Assembly (NCBI GenBank): GCA_964291275.2
Contig: OZ219799.1
Coordinates: 2,334,914-2,398,913, forward strand
DNA from: Rhodothermales bacterium
GTDB lineage: Bacteria; Bacteroidota; Rhodothermia; Rhodothermales; Bin80
Length of the DNA stretch: 64,000 bases
Direction: 5' to 3'
Positions 28,779 through 38,685 of the stretch are shown here, piece by piece (position 1 is the stretch's first letter; each line of letters starts with the position of its first letter). Both the position numbers and the translations under genes were made by a program. Under the pieces are notes generated by a model. It ran no database searches and had not been told where the DNA came from. It was given only the letters and a program-made list of their open reading frames with translations.

Positions 28779-29909
28779 TTAGTGGACCATCCGCAGCAGT
28801 TGATCCACCGTGAGCACAACAATTCCAAACATCAGGTGACACATCACTTTGCTGTGCCCACGCACCCGTACATGGCGTCCACCAAACTCATCTTTGAGTC
28901 GTCCAAAGACCCGCTCCACGGTCGAACGTTCCTTGTAGCGCGCCCGCTCAGGTGGAATAAACCCGGCACTGCGCTGTGCCTTCTGCTCACGACGGTGCGC
29001 CGCCTTTCGATTACGCGGATTCGTGTCAATGATCGGCACATGTCCCGCTGCCGTACTGTGTGCGTGAATCTCCTTCGCGTCATACGCACTATCCATGAGA
29101 TCATAGCAGTTGTCCACCCGCTCACCCGTCATGGTCGCCAATGGAATGGCCGCTTGGCTATCGTGCAGGGACGCGGAAGATAGCATACAGCTGATCGGAA
29201 TCCCGCCGTCTGCTGCATCTATATGTAGCTTATATCCCGTCCAGGATTGCGTATGCCCTTTCGCATTTCGCTTGCTCCCCACCGTGCACGCCTTGGGCAA
29301 ATCCGCCAACATCTCCGCTTTGTTCATGGTACGCTGGCGCTCCAAACGCGTGGGGACCTTTGGACGTTCCTCCCCCTTCCGTGGACGCCCACGCTTGCGT
29401 TTCACCGGTTCCGGCGCCTTTTTCTTCGGCACCGGCTTCTCTCTTGCCTCAATCGCCGTCGAATCCCGCGAAATATGGCCCACCAACGAATCCGCGTAGC
29501 TCTCCTGAATCAAGACTTCGTGGATCCGTGTCGGTAACTCGGACTCCGCAAACTCCTTGAACGCACGGGAAAATGTGGACGCACTGGGCACATCCCGCTG
29601 CCGCGACCAACCACACATCGACCGAAGCAATGGGTCCGAAAGTAGGCGCTCTCGCAATCCGGCAGTCGTCGGAATATTCAAGACCATCTTGGCCAAAAAC
29701 GACCGTGCAAGCGAAACCCGAGACGCCAGCGGGCGCCCCGGCGTACGGAACGAGGTGCGGGACAGAAAATCCTCTACACACGCCATCTCGAATACCAACA
29801 ACAACTTCTGGTACCGTTTGGGCAACGAACCAAATTCCTCCTCCACCCAAGGAAACAATTCTCGTTGGCAGGCAATATAAAAACCTCGTGTTTTCTTCCT
29901 AAGGGACAT
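28779..29909 (-). CDS. DDE transposase, IS4/IS5 superfamily (DDE_Tnp_1 with DUF772-like N-terminus)
   Basis: The C-terminal YKERSTVERVFGRLKDEFG matches the Y-2-R-3-E-6-K signature. There is a basic KRKRGRPRKGE linker. Start taken at ATG 29909 (MSLRKK...), because the 8 upstream codons of the ORF run into the intron's 5' end. Confidence 0.8.
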   Translation of the reverse strand: MSLRKKTRGFYIACQRELFPWVEEEFGSLPKRYQKLLLVFEMACVEDFLSRTSFRTPGRPLASRVSLARSFLAKMVLNIPTTAGLRERLLSDPLLRSMCGWSRQRDVPSASTFSRAFKEFAESELPTRIHEVLIQESYADSLVGHISRDSTAIEAREKPVPKKKAPEPVKRKRGRPRKGEERPKVPTRLERQRTMNKAEMLADLPKACTVGSKRNAKGHTQSWTGYKLHIDAADGGIPISCMLSSASLHDSQAAIPLATMTGERVDNCYDLMDSAYDAKEIHAHSTAAGHVPIIDTNPRNRKAAHRREQKAQRSAGFIPPERARYKERSTVERVFGRLKDEFGGRHVRVRGHSKVMCHLMFGIVVLTVDQLLRMVH

Positions 29910-29915
29910 GGGAGA

Positions 29916-31810
29916 GTGTGCCACGAAGTACACGGAGGTGAGTCAATGACATAGCCGAAATGTACGAACTGTATAAGGGATGGGGGACGGCCCCCCGCAA
30001 TCGCCGTGCAGGCGGAGGTTGCAAACCGCCCACAGCTGCTGCACTAAAGAGGTGTGGTGGTGAGCGTGCTGGGAAAAGGCAGGTGTAGGAACCTGTCAGG
30101 TGAGAGTCGTAGAGTCGAACGCAAGTGAATCACGGATGACGAGTCGAAAGTCCTTAGAAGATGGTCAAAACCGGGGTATTCTCCTGATCCCGGGACGAGG
30201 TTGGCGGGGACCTGCTTACTGGCCAACCGGCCTCCGGCATAAACGTGGCGAGAATGCGACTTGGGCCCTTATACGGAACGTGGGAACGTGTCGGAGTGAT
30301 GAGAAGGGAGCGTGGCAAGCAGGCAGTACCTGTAAGCCATTGAGTACCAAGGCACTCCACACGGGCGGATCACCTCGTAGTAGTGATGAGACTCCTGTAA
30401 CGGGAGAGGAGCGAAGGGGGTGAACCATGCAGCAGGACGCGAGGAAGCAACCGAAAGGGAGGACTTCAACGCAAAACGCAAAGCCGTTTCCAGTGACCAA
30501 GCGACAAGTTTGGGAGGCGTGGAAGCGTGTAAAGGCGAACCAAGGCGGGGCGGGGATCGATGCGCAGTCCATCGCAGATTTCGAGGCCAAGCTTGCGGAT
30601 AATCTCTACAAGCTCTGGAATCGAATGGCATCGGGCAGTTATCATCCACAGCCGGTGCGACGGGTAAATATTCCGAAGTCGGACGGAGGCGTCCGGCCCT
30701 TGGGAATCCCAACCGTTGCGGATCGGGTGGCACAGATGGTGGTGAAGCAGGTTTTGGAGCCGGAACTGGAACGAGAGTTCCATCCCGATTCCTATGGATA
30801 CCGACCGAACAAATCGGCCCATGACGCACTCCGGCAGACGCGAACGCGATGCTGGAAGCGGGCCTGGGTACTGGACATGGATATCAAATCTTATTTTGAT
30901 ACGATAGACCATGCTCTGTTGATGAAAGCGGTCCGGCTACACACGGATCAGAAGTGGGTGCTCTTATATATAGAGCGTTGGCTGACGGCACCGGTGATTC
31001 ATCCAGACGGGACGGAAGAGGCTCGGGATGTTGGGACCCCGCAGGGCGGGGTAATCAGTCCGCTGCTGGCCAATCTGTTTCTGCATTACGCGTTTGATAA
31101 ATGGATGGAACGGAGGTATTCGCACATTCCATTTGAGCGGTATGCAGACGACATCGTATGCCATTGCACGACAAAGAAGCAAGCGCGCTACCTCTGGAAG
31201 GTGCTGAGGGAACGCTTTAAGGCTTGCAACTTAACCTTGCACCCAGTGAAAACCAAGATTGTATACTGCAAGCAGGCATACTTTCGGGGTTCATTTCCAA
31301 ACACTTCGTTCGATTTTCTGGGGTATACGTTTCGACCGCGGAAGACACGGAGTCGGAGGGGGAGGAATTTTCTTGGGTTCAATCCGGCGATAAGTCGGAA
31401 GGCGATGAAGGCCGTACAAGAGACGATCCATGGTTGGAGGTTGGCTCGAATGAGTCCACACCCGATTACGTACATAGCGGGCAAGATCAATGCCACGGTA
31501 CGTGGATGGATTGATTATTACGGTGCGTTCTTTAAATCAGCATTAAGGCGGCCATTGGAAGGCATTGACCGTCACCTAACACGGTGGCTAATGCGGAAAT
31601 ATAAACGTTTCCGTGGTCGGTGGCTTCGGGCGTTTACGTGGTTAATAGAGCGTGCTCGTCGGGATTCGGGATTGTTCGTGCACTGGGAGTTTCTTCATGG
31701 TTCACCTTTATTCAATTCCGAACGGCTGCATGGTAGGAGCCGTGTGAGTTGAGAGGCTCACGCACGGTTCTGTGAGGGCCGGGGGGTGAGATTCCCCCCG
31801 GCTACTTGAC
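29916..31810 (+). mobile_element. Group II intron, copy 2 (intact IEP), nested in the IS and antisense to its transposase
   Basis: Collinear with copy 1 along its whole length but clearly diverged. It has the same GUGUG 5' end, domain V at 31737-31770 and a 3' end ...ggctacttgac at 31810. Confidence 0.85.
30427..31752 (+). CDS. Group II intron-encoded reverse transcriptase/maturase (no endonuclease domain)
   Basis: 441 aa with RT blocks ([28 protein letters not shown]) and maturase X domain (RGWIDYYG). The stop codon lies inside domain V. Confidence 0.9.
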   Translation: MQQDARKQPKGRTSTQNAKPFPVTKRQVWEAWKRVKANQGGAGIDAQSIADFEAKLADNLYKLWNRMASGSYHPQPVRRVNIPKSDGGVRPLGIPTVADRVAQMVVKQVLEPELEREFHPDSYGYRPNKSAHDALRQTRTRCWKRAWVLDMDIKSYFDTIDHALLMKAVRLHTDQKWVLLYIERWLTAPVIHPDGTEEARDVGTPQGGVISPLLANLFLHYAFDKWMERRYSHIPFERYADDIVCHCTTKKQARYLWKVLRERFKACNLTLHPVKTKIVYCKQAYFRGSFPNTSFDFLGYTFRPRKTRSRRGRNFLGFNPAISRKAMKAVQETIHGWRLARMSPHPITYIAGKINATVRGWIDYYGAFFKSALRRPLEGIDRHLTRWLMRKYKRFRGRWLRAFTWLIERARRDSGLFVHWEFLHGSPLFNSERLHGRSRVS

Positions 31811-32021
31811 CTCCGGTTTTCGTGGAAAATTTCGACACTGATTGATACGAAATCCGGGGGACTCCGGTCCCTTTTTTAGGCCTATCGAGGGATGTTCCTA
31901 TGCTCGGGGCGGATACAAATCCCAATCACAATCGCCTCCTCTACCCGGAGGCACCAACCAGAAACCATGACCTCAAAATTCCAAAAAATCCCCCGATTTG
32001 GGAGTTTTGCAACTGGCTCAT

Positions 32022-33833
32022 ATTATTGAGGGGCCGCAGGAACGCTACAGACTTGACTGGCCAGGCAAGCGTCAAGCACTCTTGATTGCAAATTCGCCGG
32101 TCAACAAGGCACTGCGACCCGTAAGGAGTGACAGCCCTCACTTTGATACAACCAGAAACCTATTTATCGAAGGTGATAACCTTGAGGCGCTAAAACTCAT
32201 TCAAGAGATCTATCTCAGACAGATCAAGCTAATCTATATTGACCCACCGTACAATACGGGCAAGGATTTTATCTACCGAGATAAATTTGAATCAGAACAG
32301 ATTCCCCACGAAATAGCATCTGGTGAGCGAACAGAGGAAGGGAGACGTCTTGTTACTAATCCCGAAAGAAATGGGCGATTTCATTCAAATTGGCTTACGA
32401 TGATTGCTCCGCGACTGCGGTTGGCCAAGAACTTGCTGACTAGAGATGGTGCGATCTTTGTATCCTGTGATGAGGGAGAACAGCCCCGCCTGCGCATGGT
32501 CATGGATGAAATCTTTGGTCAATCCAATTTCGTTGCCGATATGGTGTGGGCGGCCGGTCGCAAGAATGATTCGCGATTCGTATCCGTCTCGCATGAGTAT
32601 ATCGTTTGTTACGCCCGTGACTCTGCATATCTCAGCGAAAACAAAGTAATCTGGCGCCAGCGAAAGAAAGGGTTGGAAGACATTTATTCCCAGTATTATC
32701 GCTTGAAGCGCCAACACGGAAATGATTTTGAGGCAATCACGCAGGGTCTTAAGAAGTGGTATTCAGGCCTCGCTGATAGTAATCCCGCGAAAAAGCATAA
32801 GCATTATTCCCACGTTGACGCTCGGGGAATCTACTTTCCTGATAATATCTCATGGCCTGGTGGTGGCGGACCAAAATATGAGGTGCTTCATCCAGAGACC
32901 CAAAAGCCAGTAAAAATCCCATCTAGCGGTTGGCGCTTCAGTAATCCGAAGCTAATGCAGGAACGGATTAACGATGATCGCGTCCACTTTGGCGAGGATG
33001 AGAACTCAGTTCCTTGCATTAAACGTTACTTGAAAGACAATGAGCGCCAAGTACCGTACAGCGTTTTTTACCAAGATGGACGTGCTGCATCTAAACGTCT
33101 GCGGGCCCTCATGGATGGAAAATTTTTTGATTACCCCAAGGACGAATTGATTCTCCAGGAAATCATTGAAATGGTAACCAAGGATTCGGATATTATACTC
33201 GACTTCTTTGCAGGATCATCCACCACCGCACATTCCGTGATGCTTCAGAATGCCGCTGATGGAGGAAATCGCAAGTTCATCATGGTGCAATTGGATGAAG
33301 CGGTAAACGAGAATTCTGAGGCTTTCAATGCCGGTTTCAAGACTATACCTGAAGTTAGCCGAGAGCGAATCCGCCGAGCAGGACAGAAAATATTAGAGGA
33401 GGATTATCACACTGACTGGAATCAAGATGTGGGCTTTCGATCGCTTAAGGTGGATTCATCAAACATGAAGGATGTTTATTACCGCCCCGACGATGTAAAA
33501 CAATCTCAACTTTGGGAGATGGTGGACAGCGTTAAAGATGACCGGACGCCTGAGGATCTGCTGTTCCAAGTGCTGGTTGACTGGGGCATAGACTTAACAC
33601 TGCCGATTCGACAAGAGATTGTCCATACAAAAACCGTTTTCTTTGTTAACGAAAAGGAACTGGTGGCATGTTTCGACCAAGGCGTGACCGAGGAAATAGT
33701 GAGGGAATTAGCAAAACTTACTCCCTTTCGTGTCGTCTTCCGCGATAACAGCTTCGTCTCGGATGCAGTAAAGATCAACACACAGCAAATATTTCGCCAA
33801 CTTTCTCCTTCGACAGACTTGAAATCAATCTAA
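32022..33833 (+). pseudogene. mod: Type III R-M methyltransferase (Mod), C-terminal about 600 codons
   Basis: IIEGPQERYRLDWPGKRQ continues the 28359-28522 fragment. Motif IV is IDPPYNTG and motif I is DFFAGSSTT. An in-frame TTG at 31998 inside the IS end could allow an N-terminally altered product. Confidence 0.8.
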
Positions 33834-33847
33834 ATGAAGGGGCGTAT

Positions 33848-36800
33848 ATGAAGCTTAAATACAAAATTCAACAGTACCAAACCGAGGCTGTTGATGCAAT
33901 CATTGATTGTTTCAAAGGACAGCCAAAGGCTGATGCTCTCCATTATAGAATCAATCCTAGTACGGGAGGGGAACGACAGTATAACCTTCAATATGATCTT
34001 CAGACCGGCTTCAGGAATAATGAGATTCTTTTGAGAGATGAGGATCTCCTAGAAAACATACAAGCGGTGCAGAATCGCCAAGGCCTACCGTCTTCCAGAA
34101 CACTTGCGGATTTCACGACGCTAAACAGAAGGGGCATCCGTAAACCCGTCAATCACCGTTACAAGCCGGGGGCAAAGATCAACCTTGATGTTGAAATGGA
34201 GACTGGCACCGGCAAGACGTACTGCTACATCAAGACTATGTTCGAGATGAATAGACAGTATGGCTGGTGTAAGTTTATCGTTATGGTGCCAAGTATTGCA
34301 ATCCGTGAAGGTGTCCAAAACTCTTTCCAGGCCACAGCAGAGCATTTCTCAGAAACCTTCCAGAAAAAGGCTCGCTTCTTTGTGTATAATTCAAGGCACC
34401 TCCAAGAACTGGAAAGTTTTTCGTCCGATGCGGGCATCAATGTAATGATCATTAATATTCAAGCCTTCAACGCAAGAGGAGCTGATAATCGTCGGATTTA
34501 CGAAGAACTGGACGAGTTTCAATCAAGACGCCCGATTGATGTGCTCAGTGCAAACAGGCCTATCCTTATACTGGACGAGCCTCAGAAAATGGAAGGCAAC
34601 GCCACACTTGGAGCTCTGCCAAAGTTCAAACCATTAATGATCCTGCGGTATTCTGCAACACACCGTACCCATCACTGCCAAGTACACCGGCTTGATGCGA
34701 TTGATGCTTATGAGGGGAAGCTGGTTAAAAAAATTTCGGTGCACGGTATCCAAACACATAGAATTTCCGGCACAGATGCCTATCTATTTCTTGATGGTAT
34801 TGAAGTCTCCTCCAAAGCCCCAGTCGCACGGATTGAGATTGAAGTAAAGCTCAGGTCCGGTAAAATCATACGCAAACTCAAACGTCTCTCCGAAAATGAT
34901 GACCTCTATCATGCTTCAAATAGGCTTGAGCAGTATCGTGGTTATATAATATCCGACATTAAGCCTATCCTGAATATCGTTGAATTCATCAATGGAAAGA
35001 AGCTGTCTGCCGGTGAGGCAATCGGAGATGTAAATGAAAACGATATCCGCCGCTTTCAAATCCGCGAAACAATCAAAGCCCATCTTCGGAAGGAACATCA
35101 ACTCTTTTTGCAGGGTGTCAAGGTACTCTCACTTTTTTTTATTGACGAGGTGAAAAAGTATCGGGACTACGAGCAAGTAGATGAAAAGGGCGAATATGCG
35201 CACATCTTTGAGCGCGAATATAAAGCGGAACGCGATTATTATCTCGCAAAATCAGTGGATCATGATGAGCCCTATCGAAACTATCTCACAGAGATTGACC
35301 CGGCCAAAACCCACAACGGTTACTTTTCTATAGATAGGAGCGGGCGTATGGCAAATCCTAGTAGGATCAAGAAGCGAGGTGAAGGAAAAGGGACCTGTGA
35401 TGATATTTCTGCCTATGACCTCATCCTAAGAGAGAAAGAGCTTCTCTTATCCCTTGAAGAGCCAACCCGCTTCATCTTCTCGCACTCTGCTCTACGTGAA
35501 GGCTGGGACAATCCAAATGTCTTCGTCATGTGTATGCTGAAACGTAGCGAAAGCAATATCTCACGCCGCCAAGAAGTTGGACGTGGCTTACGACTCTCAG
35601 TTGATCAGAACGGAGACCGAAAAGATCATCCTGCTACGGTCCATGAGATTAATGTACTCAGTGTCGTGGCGAGTGAAAGCTATGAAAATTTTGTCCGAGA
35701 ACTCCAAACTGAAATTGCAGACACACTCTCAGCACGACCTAGAAAAGCAGATCAAGCCTATTTCAAAGGGAAGTTTATCCAAACTCAGGAAGGTCCAATT
35801 GAGATATTGGAATTAATGGCACGACGAATTTATCAATATCTGGTCAGGAACAACTTCGTTAATGACATGGATGAAATCACGGGTACCTATCGTCAAGCCA
35901 AGGCGGCAGATCAACTGCCAGACATGGGAGAATTACAACCCTATCGTTGCCAGATTATTGAGCTAATTGATAATCTGATTGACGAATACAAATTTCCCAA
36001 GATTGATGACGGGCGGAAGACAAAGATCAATCGGCTGAACGCTAACTTCAGAAAAAAGGAATTCAAGGAACTCTGGGCAAGGATAAACCGAAGGGCTATC
36101 TATCAGGTCGATTTCGACACAAGGGAATTAACAGAAAAATGTGTCAGTGCATTGAATGAAAATTTAAATGTCCCTTCTTTGCAATACACCCTGAAGGTAG
36201 GAACTCAGAGGGAGGAATTGACTAATAGCCAGATACATGGTCTAGATGGCTTCACTGTCACAGGCAGAAAGACAGAGAGTGGTCCGGTCATTCGGTCATC
36301 GGTGAAATATGACATCGTAGGTAAGATTGCTGAGAAGTCACAGATTACCCGAGCTACTGCTGTAGATATTCTCTCGAAGATCAAGCCCCAGTCCTTCGAA
36401 CAGTTCATGGACAACCCCGAGTACTTTATCTCAGAATCCTCTCGTATCATCAGAGAAAAAATGGCCGCTATGGTTGTTGAGTGTCTTGTATATGATGAAA
36501 TCGACGAGTGCTACGATATCAACATTTTTACTGCCAACCAGACTGGTCAGAACTTTTCTCGGGCTACGAAAAAACTTCAACGCCATATCTATGACTTTGT
36601 AATCACGGACTCAGAAATAGAGAGAAGTTTTGTGAAAGACTTAGATACAAGTAGCGAAGTAACTGTCTATGCTAAGTTGCCTCGTGGTTTTCTGATTCCA
36701 ACCCCCATCGGCGACTACAACCCCGACTGGGCAATTTCTTTCAAATTTGCCACCCACAAACATATCTACTTCGTGGCCGAAACGAAGGGGTCAATGTCTT

Positions 36801-36955
36801 CCCTTGAGTTTCGAGGTAGTGAAGGGATTAAAATTGAATGTGCCCGAAAATTTTTCAATGAAATTAGCAGACAGATTGACGCGGATTGTGCCCAATATGA
36901 TGTGGTTACTGACTATGAGAGCTTAATGAAACTTGTTGCTCCCAGCAAAAAATAA
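33848..36955 (+). CDS. res: Type III restriction enzyme Res subunit (SF2 helicase plus C-terminal PD-(D/E)xK nuclease)
   Basis: METGTGKTYCYIKTMFEM (motif I), ILDEPQKMEG (motif II), and YNPDW...YFVAETKGS nuclease motifs. It begins 14 nt after the mod stop. Confidence 0.85.
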   Translation: MKLKYKIQQYQTEAVDAIIDCFKGQPKADALHYRINPSTGGERQYNLQYDLQTGFRNNEILLRDEDLLENIQAVQNRQGLPSSRTLADFTTLNRRGIRKPVNHRYKPGAKINLDVEMETGTGKTYCYIKTMFEMNRQYGWCKFIVMVPSIAIREGVQNSFQATAEHFSETFQKKARFFVYNSRHLQELESFSSDAGINVMIINIQAFNARGADNRRIYEELDEFQSRRPIDVLSANRPILILDEPQKMEGNATLGALPKFKPLMILRYSATHRTHHCQVHRLDAIDAYEGKLVKKISVHGIQTHRISGTDAYLFLDGIEVSSKAPVARIEIEVKLRSGKIIRKLKRLSENDDLYHASNRLEQYRGYIISDIKPILNIVEFINGKKLSAGEAIGDVNENDIRRFQIRETIKAHLRKEHQLFLQGVKVLSLFFIDEVKKYRDYEQVDEKGEYAHIFEREYKAERDYYLAKSVDHDEPYRNYLTEIDPAKTHNGYFSIDRSGRMANPSRIKKRGEGKGTCDDISAYDLILREKELLLSLEEPTRFIFSHSALREGWDNPNVFVMCMLKRSESNISRRQEVGRGLRLSVDQNGDRKDHPATVHEINVLSVVASESYENFVRELQTEIADTLSARPRKADQAYFKGKFIQTQEGPIEILELMARRIYQYLVRNNFVNDMDEITGTYRQAKAADQLPDMGELQPYRCQIIELIDNLIDEYKFPKIDDGRKTKINRLNANFRKKEFKELWARINRRAIYQVDFDTRELTEKCVSALNENLNVPSLQYTLKVGTQREELTNSQIHGLDGFTVTGRKTESGPVIRSSVKYDIVGKIAEKSQITRATAVDILSKIKPQSFEQFMDNPEYFISESSRIIREKMAAMVVECLVYDEIDECYDINIFTANQTGQNFSRATKKLQRHIYDFVITDSEIERSFVKDLDTSSEVTVYAKLPRGFLIPTPIGDYNPDWAISFKFATHKHIYFVAETKGSMSSLEFRGSEGIKIECARKFFNEISRQIDADCAQYDVVTDYESLMKLVAPSKK

Positions 36956-37210
36956 TTATGCGAGACTTGCTACTTCACGGCTTTCTTTGAGTCATCTAAA
37001 TCTGAACTTCCTCCCTTCTCAACTCCTCCAAGGCGCGATATTTTCCAGTGGCTGTACCGCAATTATTGTGGAATGCTTAAAGTTGTGGATCCTCTTGTAC
37101 ATACGCAGCCGATATACATATATACCTACTACTAACGGGATGAATATCCCTAAAACTATTCCTCGAATCTCCCAAAATCCTGCTTTACAATCCTAAAATC
37201 GAGCGATTCC

Positions 37211-38437
37211 ATGAAACGTGTCACATTCCTTTTGGGAGCAGGAGCTTCCATTCCCGCCGGATATAGTTCCACCCATTGCCTGACAGAGCGAATACGAGCT
37301 CCGAGCGGTTATTATCGACACACAGATGAAAGATATTACCGTGGGCCTCCCTGTCCCGACACAGATTTTAGAACGCCTCTCGTGCGCCGCATCATTTGCT
37401 GGCTATACGAGCTAGCACATGAATACCTCTTTTATCGTGAGGAATCCAAGGAAATCAATTATGAGGACTTATACTATCTGGCCTCACAATTGGGGGACGA
37501 TTGGTCAGAATTGCAGAATCCGGCAATGCTACCGCTAATACGTAACCTGAAATGTGTAATGATCTCATGGCCGGAATACAGGGAATTCTGTGAGCGATCT
37601 GGTCGCACATTGAGTATCCCTGATCTGCGGGAATTTCACCAACTTTGCGAGGAAACGTGCCACTACATTGAAGACATTGTTGTCAATGTTTTGAGCCATG
37701 ATGGTCAGCATCACCCCAAGCATCTTGCGCTAATTACAGCCATCGGTGAAGCAAATGATCTAGATTTGAAAGGTATTGCAACGCTTGCACATGACACACA
37801 TGTGGAGAATTTTTTATCTGAACAGGGTGTCTCACTCGCAGATGGCTTCAGTCCCGAGCAGACTGACTGTGGTTGGAGAGTCTGGCAGGATCATTTTCCT
37901 GACGGTAGTACCCCATTTCTTAAGCTTCACGGTTCTACCAATTGGAAAAAGCTTCGTAAGGATGGAAACAATAATAGATCTCCTGAGACAATTGGTATCA
38001 ACATGGCAAACTCGGAGTGCTCTTCTCCCTGGCCTGATGAACCCTCAGACCCAGAGTGCTGGAGGAGAGGTTTTGATAGACGGCCTCTTTTGCTAATAGG
38101 TACGTTTAACAAGCCAGCCATGTACACGGGGCCAATGTTGCTGGATGTTCATTATCGATTTCGTAAGATCTTGAGGAATACAGATACGCTAGTTGTGTGC
38201 GGTTATAGTTTCGGCGATAAGGCAATAAATACTCAACTTATTTTTTGGTTGACCTCCTTATCAGGCAGATCTCTTGTAGTGATAGATCCTCGTTGTCCTT
38301 CTCAGATACAGAAAAATGCCCGATACGCTACTCAAAAAATCTTGAATGACCGGGGAACCAGATTAATCAACGAGAAGATGGAAGACGTTCGTAAGGATCA
38401 GTTGCTTGGTCTACTGAGAGGCGTAGATGGGACTTAA
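37211..38437 (+). CDS. SIR2-like (SIR2_2 family) domain protein, stand-alone
   Basis: FLLGAGASIPAG (NAD-binding GAGxS), LKLHGSTNW and VVCGYSFGDKAIN are typical of prokaryotic defence-type SIR2 domains. Confidence 0.65.
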   Translation: MKRVTFLLGAGASIPAGYSSTHCLTERIRAPSGYYRHTDERYYRGPPCPDTDFRTPLVRRIICWLYELAHEYLFYREESKEINYEDLYYLASQLGDDWSELQNPAMLPLIRNLKCVMISWPEYREFCERSGRTLSIPDLREFHQLCEETCHYIEDIVVNVLSHDGQHHPKHLALITAIGEANDLDLKGIATLAHDTHVENFLSEQGVSLADGFSPEQTDCGWRVWQDHFPDGSTPFLKLHGSTNWKKLRKDGNNNRSPETIGINMANSECSSPWPDEPSDPECWRRGFDRRPLLLIGTFNKPAMYTGPMLLDVHYRFRKILRNTDTLVVCGYSFGDKAINTQLIFWLTSLSGRSLVVIDPRCPSQIQKNARYATQKILNDRGTRLINEKMEDVRKDQLLGLLRGVDGT

Positions 38438-38472
38438 CGTCAAGAATCTCAGAGAATTTTCACCTCCAGACT

Positions 38473-38513
38473 CTCACTGAACCGTACGTGAGCCCTCTGG
38501 CGGGCTACTTGAC
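38473..38513 (+). mobile_element. 3'-terminal remnant of a related group II intron (domain V 3' strand plus shortened domain VI)
   Basis: ctcac..gtgag.ccc......gggctacttgac aligns with 7257-7311 and 31756-31810. It ends in the same ctacttgac and is followed by atcgcc (compare atcccc after copy 1). Confidence 0.55.
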
Positions 38514-38685
38514 ATCGCCATAATTTCCTACTACAAGGTGTAAATTCGCATTGATCAAGCCGAATCCCAGAGCTACGAGGCGGGGAGACTAACAGGCCTT
38601 GGCAGGCCGGGTGCTGGAACAGAAAAACAGTCGTAACTTTACCTCCCATGCGCAAGCAGTCAATCATCAATTATCTGCGGTTTAG

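Larger units (their letters stand above)
28523..32019 (-). mobile_element. IS4/IS5-superfamily insertion sequence (about 1.6 kb without the intron) inserted in mod and carrying a nested group II intron
   Basis: Terminal IRs are gagcTagttgcaaaacC at 28523 and the reverse complement of gAgttttgcaactGgctc ending at 32019. The flanking sequence is atat on each side (28519-22, 32020-23), in a palindromic target tcatatga. This leaves the duplication ambiguous at 0-4 bp. Confidence 0.75.

Noticed and set aside
28698-29902. Multiple plus-strand ORFs (for example 28698-29183, 29110-29499, 29573-29902) opposite the IS transposase
   Set aside because: They are antisense shadows of a transposase with a clear DDE/YREK signature.
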